Source of the DNA: Antedon mediterranea
Lineage: Eukaryota; Animalia; Echinodermata
Length of the DNA: 64,000 nucleotides
Direction: 5' to 3'
Assembly (NCBI RefSeq): GCF_964355755.1
Contig: NC_092672.1
Span: 13,392,001 to 13,456,000 of the forward strand
Shown in pieces: positions 14,601-26,600 of the stretch. Within the stretch, counting starts at the first letter, position 1; each line of letters begins with the position of its first letter. Below the pieces are notes generated by a model, which saw only the letters and a program-made list of their open reading frames with translations, did no database searches and was not told the DNA's origin. Both the position numbers and the translations under genes were made by a program.

Positions 14601-17600
14601 GTTAAGATTGGGTGCCACTATTCAAACTATTATAAAGGTTTAATAATAACTATACACATACGATATAGAACAGAAAAACTTACAAGGAGAAAACAAATAG
14701 CCTCCAAACTTGTGTGAGCACCAAGGAAGAGGTGGAGACAGCATAGGTACTTGGTTACTGTCAAATGTAACATCAGGTAGGCATGCATCTTGGATAAGGC
14801 TTACTAACTTGGGATGTGGCTGTAAATGGAAAATCTAGAGTTAGATACCAATGCTGAAGTGCCAAATACAGAAATAACTGTCTTTTGGTAACCCATCGTT
14901 AGAAGTCTTTTGGGTATTTTTTGTAGATTTTGTAAAATTTGACCCACTATATGCATTTTTTTTTTTACTACAGACCTTCTTTTGTATGTACATTTATTCC
15001 ATATAATAGTTTGTTATAAGTATTTTATTATTATTTTACAAATAAAGAAAAAAAAGAACGAGTGGTTGAATAAGGTCTACATACATACCTTTACAAAACC
15101 TACTGTCTTAAGACTTCTGTAATCAAAGATGTGATACAGCCCAGGAATCATCTGCCTATTACCCAAAAGTATTACAATCAGGAAATATGTATAGGTAAAC
15201 AATTACATTTATTTATTTACAGAAAGAAGTTATTAAATTATCAATTTCTATATTGGTAAGATAAAAATAATACAACTTTAATAAAGTGCTGTTTACTGAT
15301 GTCTCACAACGCTTAAAAGACCAACAAGAATTATTGAAAAAGGTGAGATTTTAGATGTGATTTGAATTGCTATGAGATGTACACTGAAGCTGGTTCCAAA
15401 CCAATGTTGCAGAAAACCCCTTGGGGTAAGATTTAAGGTAAATCAGAGCAATGTGGTGTACCTCTTGTAAGCAGATACGAACAAATTTTTTAAATTACAA
15501 TTTTGTATTTTAACAATTTATTTCTGTATAAAGCAGCACCCGTAATTACATTTTGCTTATGCATTGAGAAAGCTGCGAATATTGGAAATAAGAAAAATAA
15601 TGCTATTCTACAAGCAGTCACTTCTTGTAGATTTGTGGTCTATACTTATTACATTGTTATTAAAAGAAGAATAAGAAATGTAAAAAAAAAAATACCCTGT
15701 ATTAAACCTGATAAGAGGCAATATAGCTAATAAAGGATTTAGCCACCACAGTTGGTAGTAGCAATAGAGCACCTAGGTAAGAATGCTCAAACACTACTAT
15801 GACAGATTAGATAGTTTGAAAGATACAGTATGATCACATTTGCTATATTATTCAATTGTTTATTCACTTTGTTTGTTGTTGTTTATTAGTTTCCACAAAT
15901 ACATATAATTTTACTGGTACTGGTTCTTGTATCAGTGATACTAGATCACATATGGTGGCTATTGACTGTATACAGTTAGCGCTCACAAACACTGCATTAC
16001 GGACATTATACAGTCAATATTTATAAATGGGGATGGTGGTCACAATTGAGCAGAGGCCACCATTAACAAATATAGCTAGGCAATATAGCTAATAAAGGAT
16101 TTAGCCACCACATATTGTCTTTGTAAACCATGTGGCTCAGACCACACCCTCATGGCTACAGCACTGCAATACATACAGAGCAGTGACTGCAAATAGATTA
16201 GCTGAGAAATTATTAATACCTTTTACCTACCTCACAGATGCTGAACCAAGGTGAGTGTCAATGTTAATCTCATGTAACATCATATCAGCTAACAAGGAAC
16301 CGATCTAGAAAAAAAACAGAAATGTAATTCAAAGTGCAAAACTATTATAATTAGGTATACGAACATGTGGTTGACATTCATCTTTACTATTACAAATTGT
16401 TTTGGGAACCAAATTAGGGTCATGGAACGTATGTCTAGAGGTAATTACTGTACTTGGATGTCATTGGTTTCAATCCACCTGATAATACTTGCAAAATTGT
16501 GTCCTCCTGTGTATTATTATATAAATATGTGTAAAGTATAATAAAGCATAATGTATGTCGCATTTGACAAATTATTAACCAATGATAAATGATATAATAC
16601 TTACTGATAAAATAACAGCTCTTGACCAATGATTACTTTCAGTGTCCTGCAATAGATTTGATGCATATTTATAGTGTTACAGATTCACAGAAGCGTCAAC
16701 AAGTAGAGCACCTAGTAAGAATGCTCGAGTTTGAAAGATACAGATATGTATTCCCTTTGTTTGTTGCTGATTATTAGTTTCCACAAATACATATAATTTT
16801 ACTGGTACTTGTAACTTGTAACCGTGATACTAGATCACATATGGTGGCTATTGACTGTATACAGTTAGCACTTACTAACACTGCATTACGGACATTATAC
16901 AGTCAATATTTATAAATGTACATGGTGGTCACAATTGAGCAGAGGCCACCATTAACAAAAAATAAAACACTTTAATTAATACATTAATTATTTTTGTTAT
17001 GAATTGGAAGTCCATATTTTCCAAATGGATAAAAAAAACAAACCAGTGATGTTCCAGATGCATGGCAATGTTGAATCTCCAGCCACTTCTCTCTAAGATT
17101 TGTCGAAGTCAACTTTTCTTCATTTAAACACAAAGGTACAAACCGTGTGTATAGCTGGTCAATCTGATGAATCAAAAAGACATGTTCATATTACTACTCA
17201 AAAAGCACTGTAAAAACCTAATAAATCATAGTATTACTATTAGTAGTTTCAATTGAGTTCACATCCATCGTCCTAACGTCCTCTTTTCCCCTTGCCTGGA
17301 AAATCAAAATGCCATGAATCCCAAATTTTTCTAACTCTGGCCATTCAAGGGCCAATCTTCTTTCAAGTGCCTCTTAACTCAGTGTGGCAGTACTGTTCAA
17401 AAGAAAGCCAGTATATTGTTGAAATAATAGTCATTGCATATCTGAAACCATACCTTCTTGCTAACTCCTGTTTTAATCTTTTTCAGAATAACATATCGAT
17501 GATAAATTCGCTGTCCAAGTTCCAATGATAAGTTAACACGGGCATTTCCTTCTGATGAAGTCGCCAGTGTATGTAAGGCTTGCAACATTATATCAACATA

Positions 17601-20600
17601 CTCGTTTGTGTCAAATAAACATAGAAATGGATAGAAATTTGCAACTAAAAAAAAAAGTATAATGTATCACAGTTCAGCTCCAGGCATACATATTTGGTTT
17701 AAAATGAATACAAATTTAAAATTGTGTTTTCTTAAAATGGACAAATATTTGGAAAACACTCTGGTATTATATAAAACTTATTTTTCAGTAGTAGGGTGAT
17801 AGATAAAAATATACAACATCTGTGTAGAAAAGAATTTTAAAATTTTGTGGCCACCTGGAATGAAAAAAGTATGGGAAACATATAGAGATATTCCTTCAGA
17901 TTTTCAGCAGCAATATATTTTTTTTATGAATATCAAATTACCTGAAAGGAAAGTAAAAACCATTGATGTTTGTTTTTGTTTTTAAAGAAACTGTGGGGTA
18001 CAGTAGTACTAGAGATAACGATGCAATCAAGAAAAAACTTTGCTGAAAATGGATATGATCATAATAATTATAATCTGATGTCTGGCTTGACAGTTTTCAT
18101 TAGTGAAACGTTGGTTGCTAAAGTTTCAATTCTCAATTTCACGAGTCCAGATAAATTAATGTTCATTTTCATAGATATTTGTGTGAAAACACATAATAAG
18201 GGGCAGTTTTTAGGTGGTTCCCCCTAAATAGGTGTAACCCAATTAGGGGGGAAATTTGTTGGGTCCCAATGGTGCTACTGTATTTGTTATAATCAACTAG
18301 AATGTTGAATTTTAGGAACCGTGCTCGCTTTTGTCATGGTGTAACCCATGGTTGATGAAACATACCCTTCAACGTGCGAGTTTCGCTTTTGTCTAGTGCG
18401 AACTGCATTCTACTTTAAATGACAAATACTCACTTCCACTAAAAGATTTGATATTATGACCAAACTTGTCTTCATCAAAAGCTCTCGATAGACAACTCTG
18501 CCATTCACGCTCATGTGCCTTAAGTATTCTTCGCTGTTGAAAAAAAAATAAATATCTAGAAAAAAACGACAAATCACAGCAGAGTTTTAAATCATTAAAT
18601 TCTGGCACTTACCCTTAACAAACAGCTTGTAACATTTGCTTTGTCATATACAGTATTATTGCAAGAAATAACCAAATTGACCCAAAAGCACCAACTTTCG
18701 TTGGTTCCACTCTTTATTAATTGTGTAAAGCACCATTTGTGTGGCAAACCTTTTGTTCTATCTGTGGGCTGATGTCATCATCTACTTCTACTGACTTCAC
18801 TTTTAAATATCCAAGTTCCTCTATCTTCACTTGCTTGACCATACTCTTCTTGAAAGTATTGTAATCTTTATCCAAAGGTAACTTTTCAGAAAAGACATCA
18901 GAATCCTAATAACAAAAAAAATTTTAGCAGCATTTTTTTATTTTGCCTTGTGTTTCTGTTATCCTTGCTGTAAGTGGCTGATTTGTTTTTGCTGTTGTCT
19001 TTGGTTTTTCAATAAACTATTTTTATTTCACAATTAACACTGCTAGCACTACTTATACCCCTTTATTTAAACAAAAGCATTTCCTAGGCTTTTGTTTTAC
19101 GAATTAACAGCCATCTATCAACTATCAAGACAAGTACACACTGTTGTATAGTATGTGTCACACGTCTGCAACAATGTGTCAATAAAGCTACAGTATGTTT
19201 GCACTAACTTTTATGAAAAAATGATGCTCATGTTCATATAGACACGATAATGAAAATGAATAATTAAAATTTGACTGGCAGATGACCCAGTTGTAAATTT
19301 TATAGAATACAATTGAAGCATAGATAATTATCAATAACAATACTTCTTGGTCTATAAACACTGTGTTCATTTCATTATTTATTCGGTCTATTTCAGTATA
19401 TACATACAAAAAAAAACTGAAATTGGGGAGACCAGGGTCAACCTAAGTGAATTTAATCACTGTAGCTGAGCCGGTTGACCCGGTTCAGAACAATGCCCTT
19501 CCAATGGTTTACCTATGCATAGTATGAAAGGTTACGTATACGCAGCATTTTCTTTCTGTACTAATATACCTACTGTATAGCTCCACTGTACCTGAAGCTT
19601 ATCCTCCTGTCTGATAGTAGACGAGTAGAACTCTTGGACAAGGTGATTTGTGCAAAGTTGTGGTTCATATTCCTTTTGAACTAAGGCTTCATAACACCCA
19701 GCTTTCTCTAAAGCATTAACAATAAATCCTTTTTCATCTTCAGTTAACTTGCATGAAAGTATATTATTTACATCTAGTCCTTCTTTTTTCATCTGACTAA
19801 TATATTTTAAAGTTGAGTTTTTAGAAGTAGTTGAATCATTTCTAAAAGAGAAAAAAAGATTAATTATTTTGTCCCAATAACTATACTTAGAGATATATTG
19901 TCCACTGGATCCACTAAGTTTTTAAAAAAACAACTGGTAAAGCCTAACAGCTCTTTTATCCAAAATCACAATATCACTTGTATTGGAACAAACTCTACGC
20001 TCGCGCTAACCGCTCGCCAATTCGCCAATGGCGACTGGAGTCTCCATTTGGCGAAAATAATTATTGCCTCGTTCGCCAAATTGGCGAAAATACATTTCCA
20101 AGCCTAGGCCTAGGCTGGTCGGCGTGACTTCTATGGGAGCGAGAATTCGCTACACTTCAGTACTTTCTGACTCGGGTACACTTTTTACCACCACAGCATT
20201 TTATGTGACGACGTCACGATCGTCGTGTTCATTTTTTTAGTTCTGTTTAAACATGCGCAGAGCGTGCCTCGATGACGTTTTAATGACACACAGTTAATGT
20301 GATTGGTTCGTGGCCGGTCGTCGTCGACGTGATGATGAGCGAATAAAAGGGGAAGTCCCTATTCTTCGACGTAGAAAATGAACTTCAAGAAGAAAATGTA
20401 AACAGAAACATGTGGACGAATACTTCCGTAAACGAGGCTGTTCTGTTATTTAAAAAGGGGAATTTTAAATTTAACAAAGTAATTACCTCAATAGTATAAT
20501 GTTAACATGTTTAATTTTATTTCCCTTTCGATTATTCTAACCGAAAGTTGCGTTTTAAATTGAATAGCTAAGAAACAGCGTATACTGCAACGGCAACCCT

Positions 20601-23600
20601 GGCCAAAGCGCGTTTCGGCCGCCTACATAGAATGGGTTATGGCCGCTGCATAGCAAATTCAAAGCTTCTTAAATTTCTGCGGTACATTTCTTCCTAATGT
20701 ACTTGTTTTATATAATAGATTGATAAATATTCCACTTATTAAATAATTTAATAAATCGGTAAAGTTGACGTTTCGAAGCAAATATTCCATGATGAGAGGC
20801 GACATTTTTCGACATGCCTCGTGTGCGGCGAAGACTAGTTCAGAAAATGGAACAGTCCACTGCGGGGGTTATCCAATCATTAATTAACGCGCTAATACAT
20901 GCATACCATGCACATTGCCTGGGCGACGGTAATTTAGTAATAAGCGGAGAACTGAATCCCCCGTAAGGAAAATGGTAAACACTGATATTTATGGTATTGG
21001 TAGGGATTATTTTTTTCAGTGGTTGGTCTTGTTGGTTTCTTCGCACCAGGTCCACGCAAAGTCAAATAAAACGATGTGGTTTATCAAACAGAAATATAAA
21101 TTAGCTTTAATTCAATACTAAATTAGCCAGATTTTGATAATGAGAAAGACTAAAAAATTGAATTTTTATCGGTAAAATTGACATATGAGGCGGATGTACA
21201 TAATAATAATAACCGATTTACATATCAAAATAAAGAGTATTTAAAGCCTGATAACATGCAACAAAAATTACTCCACCACCTATTATGGACCTCGTGCGAT
21301 CGGGTGCGAAAATGGGTAGGTGTTTTCCAAAGTTATTTTCAGCGCGCAGATTTCGGCTCGCCGGCTTTTGTACCTCATTTTTAACTCGCGTTTTCTATTA
21401 AAATATTTAATAAACATAGATTAAAAATATATAAAAATAATCCCTTAAACAAGATCTTTCCAGGCATATAATTTTTATTCTCATGGGTACATAAGAAATA
21501 GTATATCTTTAACTTCAAAGACACGTCACTTTTTGAAATTTCACGAACGTGTTAAAATCGCGGTAACGAAAATCAGCTTCATTGGGATACCTAATAATAA
21601 TATAAATGTAAAAGAAGTAAAATAACAAACAAATACATGCATTATTTATTTAATAAACATTTTTGCGAATTTTTATGGTTTTTTAAATTTGGCTAAAGGA
21701 TTTTCAATTTGGCTAATGTTTTTCAAAACCTTTCGCCATTTTGGCGAACGAAAATTTGACCTTAGCGCGAGCGTAGACTACACATTATTTATTACAGTGG
21801 CCAATTGCATCATTGGGTGATTATCATATATTATGAATGTACGCAAGTACTGTACAGTTTTGTTATCTCAATAAAAAAAGTGACTTATGACTTAAGCAGC
21901 AATGAATTTGAGAGGGACATGTCTTACAGATGATTAGTAATAGACAGGATTTTATGTTTGGTAGATCAAAATAAAATAAAAATATTTCGTATTCATTTCT
22001 ACCTTCCAATATATTCAAGTACAGCTGCATATGATTGTAGATCAGGATGTACGCCTACTTCCATCATGTCCTTAAATAATTTACGAATTTTACTCTGATC
22101 ACCCTAAAAATAAATAAATACATTTTTTGAAATTTTATGAATAAGGTCATAACAATTGAAGCAAGCCATTTTTAATCATTCCAATTCTTGTATTTCTGTT
22201 TTTAAAGCTTGGTTCCCACATGAACGTAACACAAAGACACAATTGTCATTTGACAAGTAATAATGAGTGGATCATCTGAACTGTAGCTTGTGATTGGTCA
22301 ATGCACTTGCACTGTTGTTGTGTTGCATACAAGTGGGACACAAGATTAATTATGTGAACCAATAAAATTCATAAATAATTGAACAAGTTATAGGAAGTGT
22401 GGAATGTTGTTCATGGTTGGATACATGTCAGAAGTTCAGGCACATTCAAAAGCACAAACAGAGAATAAGTCTGTATAATCACAGTGGGACTTATTCAGTA
22501 AAAAGTGCTCAACTTATCGACTGTAGCACTTAATGTATGATTTATTTTTTGCTGTATAAATATATATTTACTAACTTGTTTAGCATATCCATGTAGCATG
22601 ACATTAAATACTTCTACATCTAATGGTATAGTATTCTTGAATTTCTGGAACATCAATTCAGCTCGGGTCAACTAAGGAAACATTAAAAATTAGATTCAAC
22701 TGAACGTATAAAAAAATGCTATACCGTTACGAAGTTCATATAATTCAATAACACAAGTATTCTTGAAAGACAACATTAGTCCAGGACTAAGGATAGCCTT
22801 CTTTAGGTTGGTATTAGGGACTTTATGAAACATGAAAGGAACCCACAGGATAAGCTTAAAGATGTATTGTCCCCTGAAAAATCATTTTTTGTTAAATATG
22901 CCATTTTAGTGTCACCTAATAGTTATCCACTTTGACCATAAATTGGATCGAGAAAAAAAAAAGCATTTTCCTAAAAAAACTGTAATTTAAAGCAAAAATA
23001 GTCAAATTGGCTGCCAGCCAATGGGTTTTTGGTTGAATTTAACCATTTATTTTGTCATTTTATAAGTGAAAACATTTATTTTTTTCTATGGAAGTGATTA
23101 ACTCTATTAAAACTACAAAATAATCTATTAAAATTCTGATTTTATTAATCTTTATTTTTCATGTTTTTAGGGGACAATACATCTTTAACTTTTTGAGGAA
23201 ACTAAAGTTGAAATGTTCCTGTTTACGGAGAAAGTCTAGAAATAATGTACATACTGTATAACCTTTAATATACAGTAAAAAATTACATTTAAATGTGAAA
23301 ATATCAAAACTCTAAATTATATTTGAACTTCCTATATAATTGTTCAACAACATAACATTTTGATTGGCTTAAAATTGCTGTATTAAAAGCAATACATTCT
23401 GCGCAGCATTTGAATACAAGCCTTCTAGCTAGGAAGACCTATGCTGTTCCACTAGAGCCAAGCGATTCAGAAAGGCCCCACACAGCGAGAGAAGGGAGGG
23501 AGAGAGATAATGTTGGTCGTCGTCTTTGCGCCAGGATGCGTAACTAATAAAAAGGCTTTGTTGACTGTATATGATTTTACACTCTAGCAAACACAGGATA

Positions 23601-26600
23601 TTTGTTGTCCTCCCCTAACCGTAGTGTTTCGCAAAGTCCCTATTCTCAAAATCTGGACTAAACTATGAAAAAGGTGGCCTTGAGAATTTATTCTTCTTTC
23701 CTTACCAAAAAAACAAAATAGTTCCAGGGATATAAAAAGATTGACATAATATTATGCATACAGTACATATAATTACATTGAAATTATTAGTTGCCTATTG
23801 AAGTCTATACTGTAGTTACTGTCTTTGGAGCTATATTGTATTTTCTTAGTCCAGCAGTGGCTGTTTTAATTTTTGTCTGAAATCATTATAAACAAGAAAT
23901 GGTTTAAGTGCCAAAATATTTATCTTTTTATTTTACTATTAATCTAATCAAATCTACACTACATTATTGACCTAAAATAACAACCACAATACTGTAAAAC
24001 GATCTCGAAAAGAAGCCTATCTCGAAATAAAGCCCACTAGGCTTTTTGCCCACTAGGCTTTTTTTCCATAGGCTTCTTCATAAGGTTTTTCAGTATTATA
24101 CTTACCATACCAGTGAATATACACACTTCAAGATACGGTAATAAGTAGATATGTGGATGGGTAAAGTATGTTTTGTAAAGTGGCATGATTTCAGCTTGCG
24201 GTAAATGTTTTTTCTTATGCATAGATATAACTTTTGTCTCGGGTGTGGTGATTGTACTGTCATCTAGTTCATCTGCATTCAATTCACATTCAATTACTTG
24301 TGATCTGAATAGTATAGAAAAAAAAATACAATTAAAGACATAGACATGAAAGTTAATTTTAAGGGACAAACAAACATAATCGAATGCATTGCAGTATAAG
24401 GTAGGTAAGAATACAAATCCTACAGTTTTGTTAAAAAAAGACATTGGGGTTTTAGGCATGGAATCAATCATGTGTTAAACTATATAATACCTTTTACTTG
24501 AGATCTGTGATTCGTTGGTAATCTGACCTGATGAATTAATATCTTCTTTACTGAACTGTAGTGATGTTGAATTAAAATGTTTTTTTTTTGCAAAAGCTTC
24601 TTTTTTCTTTGATTGAGTATTTATTTCATTTGTTTCAGTTTTATTAATAGCACCTGTTGATGAAACTTCTGGTTTATTTTCTAAAAGTTTTAATTTCTTC
24701 TTAGTTATTTGCTTGGCTTTCTTCAGACCACATTTTGGTAGGCTTTTATTTAATTTTAATTTCTTGATTTCACTCCCTAGTTTGGTAGATACATCCTTTT
24801 TTATTTTCTTCCTCGGTTTCTTTATTGTTGTCTTTTGTTTGGATTTAATCTTTCTTTCCTTGCTTTTAACATCATGTTTTTTCTTGACTGGTGGAAATTC
24901 TTCCTTATCACTAGTAGAATGACGGATTATCGCCTCAGTATCCACGGCTCTGTGATCAGAAATTGCAAGGATGTTTGTTTTGTTGACAACATGTTGCAAT
25001 TGATTAACTCTTTTATCTAATACTAAAGAAAAGAAACCATATACTTTAATTGTCAATTTAACTTTTTCAGGACCTACAATTTTTTTCAGGACAAATAATT
25101 TTTTTCCATCTAATTCTTGGTTTAAAGTTAATAACTAATATAGTATGTGACATTAAAATATCATATTAAAAAGAAATTAAAAATTTTAGAGGAACAATAT
25201 AACTTAATTTTCATTAAGTTTTTAATGATTTTTTTTCCACCAAATATTAAACCTATTAAAATATTTGTTTAATAAAAGTAAAATGAAAAACTGACCTGTC
25301 TGCAATTCATTGACTTTCACATGGAAACTGTTTTGGACATTATCTGGTATATTGCACAAACTACAGCTACCAACATGCTCTATTAATCAAAACATACATT
25401 TTCAGTCTGTGAGCAGTGTTTACAACAAGACACTGACAGGCATATAGGCCTATCAACTCTGTCATCACAGTGGAGCGAATGGAAATTTTGTACCACCCCT
25501 GGTCAATAATGAATGGCAGCAGGCGATCCAGCAATGGGACCTAATATTGATTGGCTATCCTTTGCTCTATAGACTGTACAGTGTGGGGTGTGTCGAAAGC
25601 GAAGACCTCAAAAGCAAAGATCGAAGACCGAAGACCTCGAAAGTGAAGACCCTACGAAATTGTAGTGTGCACAAAATCCGACCAAAATCATACAAAATCG
25701 TGATAACACCTTGAATTTACAGGTTCTAAAAAAAGATTTCGATTTTAATCGTTATGTTATCAAAAAACATGACTTTATCTAGGAACAAGCTTACGCGTTT
25801 TCGCCAATGGAGTTAATATGTGATATGGTTTTAACTGTAGCATTGAATTGAATGCAATATTGACTAGAGGGTACTCCGAGAGTACAAACCTCCGCCTACT
25901 GTAAAATTCCCCTACATAAAATTCCCCCCCAAAATGTTTTTTTTAAACATTTTTTTTATTAGTTCTAAAGTGTAAATAGGCTAACTGCACACTAAAAAGT
26001 TGTGGATGAGAGTGTGGTGTAATGGTTATGTATCCAGCCTCTCACAGTTGAGATCGCTGGTTCAAGTCCCGCTGAGGTTTTTTTTTTACTGCTTGGTTCC
26101 CACTAGAACGTAACGCAAGGACGTAAACGCAACGCAAGCGTTTTAACCAATGACAAGTGAAGTTATAGACAGTTAGCAATCACAAGCGAAGCCATCGCTT
26201 GTGATTGGTCAATTCACTTGCGTTGCGTTACGTCCTTGCGTTGCGTCGCTAGTGGGAACCACGCTTTAAACATGTATTTTGACAGTGTTGGTAAACGTAA
26301 TACCGATATGAATAAACACCCGTTTTAAAAATAATTAAACGTGAACACACTATCGTCACTAATCACATTGCAACCGTAACAAAATCGGCAACTTTTGAAG
26401 CGAATATTTTTTTATTTCAATCTTTGTTTTGAATGGCTTTTGTGAACTTTGACATAATGGCATAATTAAATGTTATTCGGATTTATGGAAGCCGTGAAAC
26501 AGATGATGTGTCGCAGGAAACGATCGATTTATAACCAAAATTTATAGAACGCTGATGCCTATTATCGTTCGTTCTTTTTAGCTTTTTGTCAAATCATAAT

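Noticed and set aside
16435-16510. Extra POLRMT exon ([17 protein letters not shown])
   Set aside because: Exons 12 and 13 already join in phase and give the expected spacing; this segment has no homology support.
16704-16960. Confident H/ACA snoRNA call
   Set aside because: Two hairpins are present, but I could not place a canonical ANANNA hinge and terminal ACA on the POLRMT sense strand; kept only as an open finding.
26008-26080. Functional tRNA gene
   Set aside because: A and B boxes are present, but acceptor and D stems do not pair; treated as a tRNA-derived remnant.
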